Source: Planctomycetota bacterium (GTDB taxonomy: Bacteria > Planctomycetota > Planctomycetia > Pirellulales > Pirellulaceae). Taken from it: a DNA stretch of 57,460 bases. How positions within the stretch are numbered: the first letter of the stretch is position 1; each line of letters opens with the position of its first letter. Below, one piece after another: positions 38,901-53,900 of the stretch. Location: positions 1 to 57,460 of the forward strand of contig JBCBLJ010000001.1 in NCBI GenBank assembly GCA_038520195.1, read 5' to 3'. The translations under genes were made by a program, and so were the position numbers. The notes beneath the pieces are model-generated. The model ran no database searches, was not told the DNA's origin, and worked only from the letters and a program-made list of their open reading frames with translations.

Positions 38901-41900
38901 TGACTCGCATCGAAGACGGAGTCACCGGCAATGCGTCGCGCCGCGCGATTTCGGTGAAGGCACTGGATGCGGGGAGCCGTATCGATTTGAGTTCGCTAAG
39001 CGTTTTTCACGATGCTTCCACCTCACCGGACGACGGCACCTCGTATTCGCAACTCATCGCCAGAAATGGCGCGACCATGGAACTCGATGCGCTGACTTCC
39101 CTTCAAGGCGTCTCCGTCGCGCGCGACGCGTTGAGTGCGCTCTCGGTTGTCGGCTTGACCACTTTCGATGAAGGTCGGCTCGAAGTGATCGATGAGACGG
39201 TCGCGTTACCTTCGCTCGCTTCCGCCATCGGCACCTATTTCATCGCCGACAATGCATCCATTGAACTTACGGCGCTGACCACGCTTCACGACGGGGGGCT
39301 TGAAGTTCGCTCCGGCGGAGGCATTCAATCACCCTCGCTTGCCTTGATCGATGGCAGCGAATTGATTGCCAAGGACGGAGGCCAACTCGATTTACCATTG
39401 GTCGCAAGCTATTCGCACTCGAGCACTGTCGATTCACAAACACGACGTTTCGTCGCGTCTGGAAACTCGAGTCGTATCCGACTCGCAAATCTGACAATCA
39501 TCGAAGGTGGCTCACGATTTCGTGCGGTGCATTCGCTCGAAGCCCGTGACGGTGGCTTGATCGATTTGCCCGCACTCACCCAAGTCACTGAACCAACGAG
39601 CGGCAATCGCGAAGGCCGCGCGGTCCACTTCACCGCCGACGGTTTGGCGAGCCAAATCGAATTGCCGGTCTTGGCTCAAGTGACCGACGTTGGCGAATCA
39701 CCGGTGACGCAGAATGCAACGAGCGGCCACTCCTCGCTCGCCGCGACCCGCGGGGGACAAGTCAACGCGCCGTCGTTAACGTCGGTCAACGGGACGCGGC
39801 TTTTCGCGGATGAAACCAGTACCATTGACGTTGCCCAGCTCGAATCTGCGGTCGACAGTGTCGTGCATTTGATCGGTAGCACGCCCGTTGAATTCACCTC
39901 GCTACGTACGGCGATCGGTTCAGCGCTCCGTTTCGATGGTCGGGAAGCGACGTTTCCCCTGCTCACTGATTTGTACGGCGGGGAACTGTCCGTTCAAGGT
40001 GGCACGTCGGCGACCGCGGCGGTCCTCGAGCGGATCGATTCGGTCACGTTGATCGTCCGCGACGGCGTGACATTGTCGTTGCCCGCCGTCAACTCAATCG
40101 CACATGCGACCACGGGCAACAGCCAACGAATGCTCTTTCGCGCCGAAGGCCCCGGAAGCGTGCTCGAACTGCCCAATGTCGACCAGATCATCGGCGGCGA
40201 TCATTTTGCGGCCGTGACGCGTCTCGAAGCGATCTCCGGTGGCCGAATCCATCTGCCCAACACGCAGGAAATCGAAGAGCGTGATTCGGGTAACGCCAAT
40301 CAGCGCCGCATCGAAGTGTTGGCCGAAGGCATCGGTAGCGTCATTCATCTCGGGCAACTCGTTTCATTCACGGACAACTTTGCCGGCAGTCTTGATGGAG
40401 CCGATCGATTCTCAGCGATCGAATCGCGGTACGGCGGCACCATCGAGATCGCGACGACCTCCTTTTTCGTGCCGACACTGACCGGTGTTCACGTCACCGT
40501 TGGCGACGAGGGTACGATCAGCGGTGCGTTGAACATCGACCAGGGTTCCATCTTGATCGGGAGTGGCTTCGTCGACGCGTTCACGATCATCGACGGCTTG
40601 GTGCGACCCGAGCCTGAGTTGATGATCGGCGGACTTGTTCTTCGCGAAACCGGAGTGATTGAATTCGAGGTCGGCGGTCAAGTTCCGATCCTGGAACACG
40701 ATGTCTTGCGAGCTGGGTTCGCCGAATTGAATGGGACGATCCGTTTGGTTCGCGTCGAGGACCACAGTCCGCAGGCAGGCGACCGCTATGCCGTCATGAC
40801 CTTCGAGGACATCGAGGGGACGCCGCTCTACGAAGGTTTGGATTTCGGGACGCAAGTGCTTTCACCGGAGTTGAGCGCGACCTCGCTCGAGTTCACCACC
40901 GGTTTTTCGAGCGGGCCGTCCGTCGCTGAGATCACGCCCTCGGACAGTGCTGCCGAGCCCGACGGACCATTTCTTGTGATCCGTTTCGACGAGCCGATCG
41001 ATCCATCCACCTTCGACATCAGCGATGTCGCGCTCGCCAATCCATCGGATGTGGCCGTGGCGGTCCAGTCCATCGCGCCTGTCTCGGGGACCGATGATCA
41101 ATTCTTGCTGCGGCCCGATACCACATCATTCGTCAACGGTTCGTACTCCATCACGATTGGGCCCGACATTCTGGACCTCGTTGGCAACGCGATGAACCAA
41201 GACGGAGACATGTCCAACGGCGAGGCAGTGGAAGACGAGTTCGCCGGGATGTTCAACTGGGCGCTTCCGGATTTGCGAGTCGAAGGCGGAGTCGTGCCGA
41301 CCGTTGGCACGGAGTTCACGTTCGGGGATGACGTCCAACTCACTTTTGACGTTGTCAACCAAAGCGTCGCCATTGCCGGTGGAAGCGGTTGGAGCGATCG
41401 AGTCTTCTTGTCGCGCGACACGATCCTCGATGCTGGCGACCTCGAACTCGCTCACTTCACTCGCAACGATGTCGTTGGCCCCGGCGCCAGCTACACCAAC
41501 ACCGGTCCCATCACTCTTCCGCTCGATGAAACGTATGGCGAAGGCACGTATTACTTGTTGGTATCCATTGACGACGATTCGGCGATCAATGAGATCGACG
41601 ACGAAAATGTCTTCGCGTCCGTGGAGTTGCAGCTTTCTTTTCCGCCGCTCATCGACCTCACGCCCACTGCAATCGAAGGACCGAGCGTCGGTCAGCCACG
41701 CCAGTCGAGTGTCTTCACATGGTCGGTGACGAACCAGGGCGACTTACCCACGTCTGGGGCTTGGTTCGACCATGTCTACCTCGAATCGACCGCAGACGGC
41801 TCTCGGGTACTCGCCGGCAGCGTGTTTCATTTCACGCAAACCCTCCGCCCCGGCGAAAGCTACACGTCAATGATGACAACCAGTTTGCCGGATTTGGAAG

Positions 41901-44900
41901 ACGGTGACTATCGAGTCATTGTCACGACCGACGCGAGTGATCGTTTTGTGGAAGGTCCATTCGAGAGCAACAACGATCGGGTCGGCAACATGATCACACT
42001 CACGCACGCCGACGTTTCGGTGCAAAACGTCATCGCGCCGAGTTCGGCAGACTCCGGTCAGGCGATCACCATCTCGTGGGACTTTCTGAATTCCGGTTCC
42101 GGCACGGCGTTTGGTTGGCAACAGCGCGTTGTGATCTCCAGCGACGAGTTGTTTTCCGCCGACGACCGCGTGATCGACGCATTCACCGCTTCGCCGCTCG
42201 GTCCCGGGCAGACGCGCGCGGTGAATCGCGAGATCACATTGCCACTCGACTTCGAAGGCAACCTGTTCGTTTTGATCGTCAGTGACGCGGCGAACGAAGT
42301 CGGTGAGTTGCCGCCGGGCGAAGCGAACAATGTCGCATCGTCGCCGATCGAACTGACGCTTGCGCCCTTTGCGGACCTCGCCGTCAGCGGCATCACCGCT
42401 CCACAGCGCGTGATCGGCGATCCCGCGCTGATCGAGGTTGGCTGGACGGTGACCAACCTGGGTACCGGGCGCGGCGTCAGCGATACTTGGACCGACGCAA
42501 TCGTGCTCAGTACCAATGATGTGCTCGGTGATTCCGATGATCGAATCGTCGCAACGTTCGAGCAAACGACGGGGCTCGATCAAAACGCGTCTTATTCACG
42601 TCTGGAAACGATTAAGCTGCCACCGGGCACGAATAATCGCTTCCATCTCTTCGTTCACAGCGACGACGGCGATCGCGTTTTCGAAAACGGCCGCGAGTCC
42701 AACAATAGCTTGGAGGCCGATCACACCGTTGAAGTCATGCCGGCGCCGTTCGCCGACTTGATCGTCAGCGACATCGACGTGCCGTTGCCGGTCAACGCGG
42801 GCTCGATCGCCGAAGTCTCTTGGGCGGTCACGAACCAAGGAATTGGCATCACCAGCCGAGGCGATTGGTATGACCTGGTTTACCTCGCCGCCGATCAAGC
42901 CGGTACTCAACCGATCGATGGCACCGAACGCTCGTTCCAGCACTTTGGACAGGTCGAACCCGGCGGCGTCTATTCACGAACCGGAAGTTTGACGATTCCC
43001 GACGGGCTTTCGGGAGATCATTACTTCATCGTTCACACCGCCATTCGCGATGCCCCTTTTGAGTTCCTCTTTACCGACAACAACCTTGCGCCCAGTGTCG
43101 CCGTTCCGATCACGCTGCTTCCCGCGCCGGACTTGGTAGTCACCGACATCATTGCGCCGACGGAAGCCGAAGAAGGAACATTGATCGATGTCGCGTGGAC
43201 AATCCAAAACGACGGCGTGGGTGAAGCGAATGGCGGATGGCTCGATCGTGTGTATCTGCAAGACGCGGGTGATATCGACGCGCCGATTATTGAACTGGGC
43301 CAATACCCGTTCACCGGTTCGGTTCCGGCCGGTCAGTCCTACACGCGTCGAGAAGCGGTTCGCGTCCCGGTGGAATCCAGCGGCGTCTTTCGTCTTTTCG
43401 TGCGGACGAACTTCGAAGACTTGCTTTACGAAGGCTCCGGCAATGGCAACAACACCTCGTTCGAGCCAATCACGGTCGACGTCAAGCCTCGCGCGGATTT
43501 GCAAGTTGAATCGATCACCATTCCGGACCGATTGTCCGCGGGCATGACGCTGTCGCCCGAATTCATCATCGTCAACCAAGGATCGATCGGGACCGGGTCG
43601 AGACGCTGGGTCGACCGTGTTTACCTCTCCCTCGACCCCGTCATCGATCAGGCCGACATCCTGATCGGCGAACTCGACAACGGTTCGTCACTGGAGGCTG
43701 GCCAACGCTACAGTACCGAGGCGGGCAGCGTGACGATTCCGATACGCTACCGGGGCGATGTTTACGTGATCGTCCAAACCGACGCCGAAGATCGAGTCGA
43801 GGAATGGCCTCGCAACGACAACAACATCACCTTCCAGTCTCTGTTCATCGAGCCTGAACCACTCGCGGATTTGGTCGTCAGCAATGTCGTCTCGCCGACC
43901 CAAGTCGTTGCTGGCGCTGAGGTGCCCGTCCGCTACACCGTCACCAATTTGGGCAACGGTGCGACCCACGGCGATACCTGGGCCGAGAACGTATGGCTGA
44001 CGCGCGACAGGAATCGCCCCCATCCGGGACAAGGTGACATCTTGCTGGAGACCATCACGCACACCGGATCCCTCGGTCGGCTCGCCGGCTATGAAACCGC
44101 AACCTCGGTGCGGATTCCGGTCAACTTGGAATCGGGCAATTGGTTCATCACACCTTGGGTCGATCCGCTCGACGTGATCCCCGAGGACACACTCGCCTCG
44201 AACGAGAATCCAGACGATCCGGGCAACTTCGACAACAACAACTACAAAGCCCGAGCGGTCGATGTGGTCGGCGCTCAACCGGATCTTATCGTCTCCAGCC
44301 TCGATGCACCCGCGACGGCGGTCGGTGGCGACACCGTCACGATCACGTGGACCGTCGAGAACATCGGCTTTGCCGATGCGCAACCTGGAGGATGGTTGGA
44401 CCGCGTGTACCTCAGCGATCATCCCGACCCGAATGCCGAGGGTGCGAAGTCACTCTTACTTTCTGAGTACAAACGCGAGGCGCCGCTCGTGCGCGGAGCC
44501 GCCTACACGGCGTCCATCGATGTGCCTCTCTCACCGTCGGCGACCGGCCAGTACGTCGTTGTGATTACCGATGACGAATTGCCGCCGACGCCTTCCATTG
44601 ACCTGACCGGTTTCTTTCCTGGGCTGACTGAAACGGACGAAAACTTCTCACCGGTGGCGGAAGTCGACGAGACCAACAATGTCACTGCGATCGAAACGCA
44701 CATCGTCGCCAATGCCGCGAATCTTCAAGTCGTTTCGTTCGATTTGCCACAGGATCGTCGCTCGGGCGAAGAAGTCACGATCCGCTACACCATCGAGAAT
44801 GTTGGTGATCACTCCATTTGGGGCGGCACGCGATACTGGCGTGACTTCATCTGGCTCTCGGCCGACGACACATTCATTCGCAACCGCGCTTCGTATCTCG

Positions 44901-47900
44901 GATCGGCGGTCCATGTTCCCGAGGGCGTGATCGCGCCGGGCGATCAGTACACCATGGAGTTCACGGCGACGTTGCCCGAGGGCGCGAGCGGAGACTATTC
45001 CCTCTGGGTCCATCTCGATTCGCACAATGACCAATCGCCGTTTCTGTTCCCATTCCAAGCCCGTGTGCTGACCGAGAATTGGTTTCCGGCAGACGAGGGC
45101 AGCAACGCCGCATGGCTCGCTCACTTCGATCGCTGGGCGTTCGAGGACCCTTCGGACAACCTTGCCCGCGCCGATTTCTCGATCGTTTACCAGGAGGCTG
45201 ATCTTCAAGTCACTGACTTTGTTATCCCGCCCGGGGCGAGTTCTGGTGAAACCGTCGAGGTCACCTACACGATCGAAAATCAAGGTGACCGCGCGACTCG
45301 CGTCGACGCTTGGACCGATCGCATCTTCATTTCGCGAGACGCGTCGCTCGACAATTTCGATCATGAGCTCGCATCTGTGCCGCGACGAGGCACGCTCGCG
45401 CCCGGTGAATCCTATACGGCGAGAACGAACGTTCGAATTCCCGACGGCATCGAAGGCGATGTTCATCTTGCGGTTTTCGCAGACTCGGCGGCTCAACGCG
45501 ATCGTGCCCAACGACCCAGTGACATCGGATTTGGACTCGTTGGTCTCGAGTTCGAAACACCGGGATCTCTGGCGCCATGGGATCTCGCCTCACAAGCCGC
45601 CCGCGAATCGGCCCGAGGCGACGTGAAGGAGTATCAGCTTGAAGGCAATAACTTGGCGATCGAGTCGATACCGATCGCGCTCACGCCTCCGCCTGACCTT
45701 CAAGTGGCTTCGATCGATGCACCGACGCGAGCCGACCGTGGACAAGAAATCGCGGTCAACTACACCGTCACCAACTTCGGCGGCGACAGTCTTGACGGAC
45801 AAGACGAATGGATCGATTTGGTCTATCTGTCCCGCGACGAGTTTCTCGATCTCGGCAGCGATCTTCACCTCGGTGCCTTTGAACGTGTAGCCGTGCTCGG
45901 TGCCGGCGAATCCTACTCCGAGTCCGTCGTCGTTTCCTTACCAACGGACCTGCTCGGTGCCTACTACGTTTTTGTGATCACCGATCCAGAACGCGGTAGC
46001 CTGCGCGGCGATGTTTTTGAAGGCAACCAGGAACGCAACAATTCAGCGGCATCCGAGGTGCCGATGATCATTGAATTGCCGCCACCGGTTGATTTGCAAA
46101 TCACCGACATTGATGTTCCCGACGAACTGACGACTGGGCAAACCGCGTCAATTCAGTGGACGGTCACCAACACGAGCAGCGAAGCGGTTTCTGGCCGTTG
46201 GTCGGACACGGTGTACTTTTCCAATGACGCGGCTTGGGATTTGACCGACGCCGCTGCCGGACGAGTCGAATTTCGCGGCACAATCGCCCCCGGTGAGAGC
46301 TACACGTCGACGCTCGAAGCCATCACGCCATCGATCACACCCGGTAGCTACCGAGCCATTGTTCGCACCGACATCTTCAACGAAGTCTATGAAGACGTCG
46401 CGGATGGCAACAACACGACCGCTTCGCCATCGACGGTGACCGTCACGGCACCGCAACTGACACTCGATGTCGAGTTCGGCACGACCATCGGTTCGAGCGA
46501 AGACAGACTCTTCGCCGTCGACGTGCCCGCCGATCGGACCTTGCGGGTCACGGTGATCGCGGAAGACGATTCGACGCATGAAGTCTTCCTGAAGCACAAC
46601 GACGCACCGACGGTGCGGACGTTCGACGCCGGAAGCGGTGGCAGGCTCTCGGACACTCCCGCTGCGATCGTGCCGACCACCGAAGCCGGGACGTACTTCG
46701 TCCTTGTGCGCGGCTTCGCGACCGAAAGCAAAGACTCGCCGATTCGAATCCTCGCCGAGCTGTTGCCGCTCGCGATCACCGACATCGAAACCGACATCGG
46801 CGGTGACTCGTCGTTTGTGACCGCAACGATTCGCGGAGCCCGTTTTCACAAAGACGCGATTGTCAAACTGGTGCGCCCGGGATTCGCCGAACTCACACCG
46901 GTGAACCAGCACTACGTGTCGGCGTCGGAGATAATTATCACCCTCGATCTCGAAGATGTCCCGCGCGGATTGTACGACTTGCAAGTCATCAATCCGTCTG
47001 GCGACTCGGCCGTCGTGCCTTACCGCTTCCAAGTCGAGCGCACCATCGAACCGGAAGTCACCGTCGGCGTCGGCGGTCCGCGATTTATCCTTGCCGGTGA
47101 TAGTGGGACGTATAGCGTCTCGTTACGCAACCTCGGTAACGTCGACGCGCCCTACGTGTTTTATCAAGTCGGCGTCCCCGAGCTCGGCGTCAACGAAAAC
47201 GTCTACAACTTGCCATTCGCGAGTTTCACCTCGAACCTGCGCGGCGGCCCCGAAGGATCGCTCGTCGATCTACCGTGGGCGGAACTCGACTCTGCAGTCA
47301 ATAACGATGGCCACGTTACCGCGAGTGGTTATCTGTTCGACCAACCGGCCGATGGCTTTTCGGGTTTCACGTTCCAAGTTCAAACCTACCCAGGTTTGCG
47401 CGAACTTCACGACCACAGCTTCGCCGCATTCAGAGATCGAATCTACGAGGCCATTCCGGAGTATGCCGCCCTCGACTTGCTCGCCGACGGCCCCGAAGCG
47501 CTTGACCAAGTCTCGCCGGGTCTCTCGCTGGTTTGGGAGGCTTTCGGCGCGATCCCGGATCTACTGATTCAGCCGTTGATTCCCCTCCAATACCATGTCG
47601 TCGCCAGCGCGACTTCGATGACGCGGGACGAGTTCCTTGAACACACGCTCGCCGAAGCGGATCAACTTCGAAATGGTATTCTCGCGGATGAAACTGCCGA
47701 CGCCGCCTTGGTCAGCCTGGCCGGCGATCCCGACGCATGGCGTTCGCTCTATCTGAACTACCTTGTCGAAAGTGGTCGACTTCGCGCCGAAGATGCCGTG
47801 CCGCCGACGCGTCGCGATCAAGAACTCGCGAGCTTGCTGGCGACATTGGCGGGCGGTGTGCTGACGGGACCCGGGGGTGAGCAAGTTCGACTCTCCGGCG

Positions 47901-50900
47901 AGTTCGTCGATTTCTTTGAAAGTGTCCGCCGTTGGTACGGACACGATCCGACGTTGGAAGCGCCGGTTCAAGAGGACAACGCGTCATTCAGTTCTGATTC
48001 ACTTTCCTTCCTCGGCATCCTCGAGAGTCCTAATCCCGTCGCGGCAATACCGACCTTTGACGATTACGACCTGGGACTTTCGAGCAACACGCATTTTCAA
48101 TCGATGCGCGTGTATGTGCCTTGGGTACCGTTCGGCAATCGCGGTGCGGGTATCCCCGCGGAGTATCAAATCACTGGCATCACGCCGAATGACGAAGACA
48201 TCTTCTTTCCACTCAACTTGCAGGACTACTACGAGGAGGAAGGACGAACCGGGGGCGCATCCCAAACCGGGCCATTCACGCTGGAGACCGGCGGATTCGT
48301 GCCCGTCGGTGAAGCGCTACCGGTCACCGTCCACTTTCAAAACGATCCGGGCGCGACACGTGATGCGAATGAGATTCGAATCGTTGTTCCGCTCGATGAC
48401 GAAGCGGACCCTCGAACGTTCCGTCTCGGCGATCTTCAAATCGGTGACTTGACGATTCGCATGCCGCCTGGACGATCGTTGTACCAAGACGATCTGGAGT
48501 TCGCCGAAACGCTCGGTTTCAACGTCCGCGTCAGTGCCGGCGTTGATCTCCAATCGCGCTCGGCGAATTGGCTGATCCAAGCCATCGATCCGCTGACGGG
48601 TGAAGTCCGGACTGACATCGAAGATGGCCTGCTGCCTCCCAACAATGCACGGGGTCAGGGCGCGGGCTTTGTTTCGTACAGCATTGAAATCGATTCGGCT
48701 TCGGAGACCACCGATACGTTCACCGCATCGGCGCGCGTCCTTTTGGACAACGCCCCGCCCGAAGACGCGGAAAGCTTGTCGTACACGATCGATGCGATCG
48801 CGCCGGTGAGTCGAACTCAAGCGGCATCGCTGAACGATGAAGGCGACGTCCTTGTCTCCTGGGAAGTCGTCGACGATGAAGGCGGAAGCGGATTCAAGCA
48901 CGTCACGCTCTACGTCGCCGAGGATGGTGGCGACTTCAAGATCTGGCAGCGGCAACTCAGCGAGGCCAGCGGAGAGAGCGTCTTCGCGGGCATCGCCGGT
49001 CGTGATTACGAGTTTCTCGCGCTTGCCAGCGACCGAGCCGGTAACCGGGAGACACCGCCAACGGGCGCGTCGGCCGAAGATGATGGCTCAACGACTTCGC
49101 TCGGGACGTTGCCGAGCGTCGACGCAACAACCAGTCCCAACTTTGGCATCGCCGCGACTCCGACCAGCGAGCCTTCGACGAACCCATTGTTTGTCGTTGC
49201 CGAGCAGTCTGTGCCGAATCGCATCGACACATCGCGTCCTGCAACTTTCGATCAAGTGCTCAAGCCTTTCACCGCGCGTCAGTTTGCGGATGGCTTCGAT
49301 GTCGCCTCCAGTGGAATCGCCACTTCCGGCGTCGGGCCACTGGCGATTGTTGAGACGCCCGATGGCGAAGTGCTTGTTAGCGGCGGACCGTCGCGCAATC
49401 AACTCTATCGGTTCGACGCCGACGGAGGCACCGCAACCGGTGTTTGGGCTGAACTGGATTATCCGATCTACAATCTCGCGTTCGGTGTCGAAGGCCGCCT
49501 GTGGGCCACTACCGGTGGTGGACCACTGTTGGAGTTGGATCCGGTCGATGGGGCGATCGTCGCTGAATACGGCGACGGCATCACGCTTGGTTTGGCCATC
49601 GATCCGATCGACGGCAGCCTCCTTGTCGGATCACGCTATGGCGTGGAGCGTTTCGATCCGGCGACGCAAACATTTGATCGATTGAGTCGCGACCAAAATC
49701 TGCGGATTGGGAGTCTCGCATTTTCGAACGATGGAACACTGTACGCCGTTCAATGGCCGGAACGTAACGCGGTGCTCCGGTTCACCGAACTCGGTCGGGC
49801 CGAAACGGTTCTATCGTTCGACACGCCGATCGACTCCATCGCGTTTGGGGCCGAGGACACTCCGCTGGAGGGCCTGCTGTTTGTGACGCACAACTCGGGA
49901 GACCGTGGCTTCGGTCAATCGGTCGCCCGTGATCGGGAAAGCGAGCTGACGATGGTCGACCTCGCGACCCTGCGGCGGGTCGCGGTCGCCAGCGGAGGTT
50001 CGCGCGGTGATGTGGCGACGACCACCCGCGACGGGCGTGTGCTTGTCAGTCAATCGGACTCGATCGATGTCCTCAGTCCGATCCGTGTTCCCGAGATCGT
50101 TGCGACCAACCCCGCCGAGCAAACGATCATCGCGCTTCCACTCGGTCTTATCTCCGTCACCTTTAGCGAAGACATGTTTGTCGGTAGCGGCGCGGAACCG
50201 AACTCGGTGCTCAATCCGGGCAACTATGCCGTTCGGTCTGGATCAGGCGATCATCCGGTTGTGATAGAGGTGGCTTATCACGAAGCGTCGCGGACCGCCT
50301 CCCTCTTCGTCGAAGGATTTTCGCCGGGCGAACAAACGCTCTTTGTTGGGGCTGCGATCGAGAGTGCCGGTGGGTTCACTTTGCCAGCGGGCTACGAAGT
50401 GAATTTCACCGCGGTCAGCGAGTTTTCATCGAATGTCAACATTCAAATCACCGACACGAGATTGGATCGCGCGGCCCAAGCGCTCAGCTACGAAGTTGTG
50501 ATCACCAATCAAGGCGACCATGACTTGTTGTTACCGATGAGCCTCGTGCTGACCCCGGAAGGCGACGTCGGCCGAGCGGTTCCCGGACAGACGTCCGTCG
50601 CGATGGCCGACGGTGCATGGCTTTTCGATTTGGCCGACAACGTACCCGGCGACGTTCGACTCTCGCCAGGGGAGTCGACGACGGCGAAGACGCTTCGAGT
50701 GCTTGGTCCTGATGATTCATCCGCCGATTTTGTACCCGGGTTTCTTGCCGCCGCCTCACCGAATTTGCGTCCGGAGTTCACAACGTTTCCGCCGGAGACG
50801 ATTGTCGCTGGCGCGACTTATGAATACGAAGCTCGCGCGGAGGACCCGGACGGTGTCGCGATTCGCTACTTGCTTCGGGACGCACCTGACGGCATGACCG

Positions 50901-53900
50901 TCGACGCTAGCACCGGCATGGTTAGCTGGTCCACCTCGATCGACGTGGGCGAGTCACAGCAAGTCGAGCTTTACGCCATCGATTCGCGCGGCGGGCTCGC
51001 CAGACAACGCTGGGAGATCACCGTGGCCGGCGCCGATCGAGCTCCCTCCTTCGTTCAACCTCCCGACTCGGCGTCGATGAACGAGAATCAAACGCTCGTC
51101 TTGCCGATCCAGGTCATCGACGCCGACAGCGCGAACATCGACATTTGGGTTGAAAACTTGCCGCCGGGCGCATTCCTCGACCCGAGCGATAACACGCTTT
51201 ATTGGTCACCGGGCGAAAACGCCGCGGGAGTGTACGCCGATGTCACGCTTGTCGCTCATGACGGCGTCAATACGGTGCGGCATACCTTCGACCTCACGGT
51301 CTCCGACGCCGATCGTCCGCCGCGCATCACTTCGCCGCCTCGATTCACCGTGCGCCAAGGCGACGTTTGGACCTATCGCGTTGATGCCTTCGATCTGGAT
51401 CAGGACGAACTGCTTTTCACAAGCACGAACCTCCCACCGGGCGCAACGTTGGACGCCCGCGAAGGAACCTTGCGCTGGGAAGTCCCTTTCCATTTGCAGG
51501 GTTTGGTAGCGATCCCGATCGCCGTGTCGGCCGGTGGGCGATCGACTGTCGGTGAAGTGACACTCGAAGTGCTCAACGCGAACGGGGCGCCGAGCTTCGA
51601 TCCGATGCGCGGTTGGTCCATCGACGAGGGCAAGCTGTTAACGATCATCACTTTCGCGCGAGATCCCGACAACCCCGAATTCAGTCTCAGCTCTGGCGAC
51701 GTCTCTCCGGTGACCTACCGGGCCGTCGAACTGCCTGAGGGTGCGACGTTTGACGCGGCGACGGCGACCTTCGAGTGGACTCCTGGCTTTGATCAGTCGG
51801 GCGACTATGAAGTCGTGTTCCAAGCGACCGATGACGGCGATGGGACCGACGATCCCGTTACCATCGAGTCGACCGTTCCGATTTCGGTCCGCGATGTGAA
51901 CCGTCAACCGGTCATCGAAGTGATCGCGAACCAAGTCTTCGTTCGTGGTGAGATGGTCGACATCCCCGTTGTCGCGCTGGACCCCGACGGTGACGCCGTG
52001 ATGTTGGAAGCCGTCAGTGGTTTTGGGGGCATTTCGCTTCCCGACTTCGTCACCTTCTTTGACAACGGCAACGGCACCGGCTTTTTCCACTTCGCGCCCG
52101 GCACCGGCGACCGCGGCGACTACACGTTCTCGTTGATCGCGACCGATGACGGAAATGGGCGTGGTCGCGGAGCCGTTGAATCCGTTCGGTACGATTTCAT
52201 TGTCAGCATCGAATCCGAAAATGACCCGCCGATTCTCGAGCCCATCTCCTCCATGGCGCTGGCCGGCGGCCCACTTCGATTGCCCATTCAAGCGAGTGAC
52301 CTCGATCAAGAGTCGCTCACCTATGCCTTTGTCGGACTGCCAGACAACGCTCGAATCGTTGCCGGCGCTCGCTACGGAGAAGCACTGCTCAACTGGGATC
52401 CGACGCCCGACGACATCGGCACCTACGACGTGACCGTCACCGTCACCGATGGCGGCAATGGCGATGCGGGTCTGTCTATCAGCGATTCGCAATCCTTTAC
52501 GATCCAGGTTCGCGACAACAACCAGACGCCGGCGCTCAGTGTGCCGACCAATGTGGTTACGTCGGAAGGGCAACCGTTGATCGTTCACTTCTCGGCCTCC
52601 GATGCCGATGCGGACACGATTCGATTTGTCGCGTCCGGGTTACCAGCGGATGCGGTGCTCAATCCGTTGACCGGTCAGTTGACATGGACGCCGTCGTTTG
52701 AAGATGCCGGAAGCTACACGTTCGACGTCACCGCGACCGACGGTGTGTCTTCGGAGACGCGACCGGTTTCCATCACCGTTGAAAACGTCAACCGATCACC
52801 GCAACTTGCTTTTCCGGCGGCCCAGTTCGCCCGCGAAGGCGTGTCCACCGAGTTTCGGGTGACCGGTGCGGACTTCGACGGCGGCGCGCTCGAGCTTGTC
52901 GCAACGAACGTTCCCGATGGAGCATTCTTCGACGTGACCACGGGAGTGTTCCGATGGCAGCCGGGCTTCGACCAAGCCGGCCGCTACGTCGTGTCGTTCA
53001 CGTTGACCGACGACCAAAACGCGACGGACTCGATCGAGGTGCCGATCGTCGTCGACAACGTCAATCGAGCGCCGCAAATCGACGCCCGTGAGCATCAAGT
53101 CCTCGTCGGCGAGTTGCTTGACATTTCGATTGCGGCTTCCGATCCCGATGCCGACGACACGCTCGTGTACTCGGCCCACGGCCTTCCCGAAGGCGCCGAA
53201 ATAGACGCGACCAGCGGACGGATCACCTGGATTCCCAACCCTGGGCAACTCGGTTCATTGATCGTTGACGCGAGAGTCAGTGACGGACTCGCCGAGGCCA
53301 AACGAAACGTGGTGATCCACGCGGTTGCGACACCGACGCAGCCCAGTGTTCGTATCGTCACGACGCCAAGCTTTCCCGCCCTTCCCGGACAGACCATTCG
53401 CGTCCAAGTCATCGCCGACGGCCTGGCACCGATTCAATCTCTTTCGCTGAACCTTGATGCAGTACCGCTCACGCTGGATGAACGCGGACGAGCCGAATTC
53501 ACCGCCGGTGCACCTGGAAAGCAATCGCTCACGGCGACCGCGACCGATGGCGACGGCTTCACGGGCCGATTCGAGCAGACGGTCCGCGTCCGAGAATCAT
53601 CGGATCGTGACCCTCCCGCCATTGCATTTGGTGCTTTCGAGACTCGATTTACGACGCCTTCGGACATCGTCGCGACCATCGCTGACACTAATCTCGATTG
53701 GTGGGAGTTGACGCTTGCTGTTCGCGGCTCCGACGACTTTGTCTCGATCGGCCGAGCGGAATCAAACGTCGAAAACGCGTCGCTGGTGACGCTCGATCCA
53801 CGCACGATCGCGAACGGCTTCTACACGCTGAAGCTCACGGCGCGGGATATCGGCGGTCGTCAAAGCGTCACCACACGCGACATCGAAGTCAATACGCAAC

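Noticed and set aside
41264-53330. CRISPR array or DNA-level tandem repeats
   Set aside because: The repeats are degenerate and visible only at protein level; there are no identical spaced DNA repeats and no cas genes.
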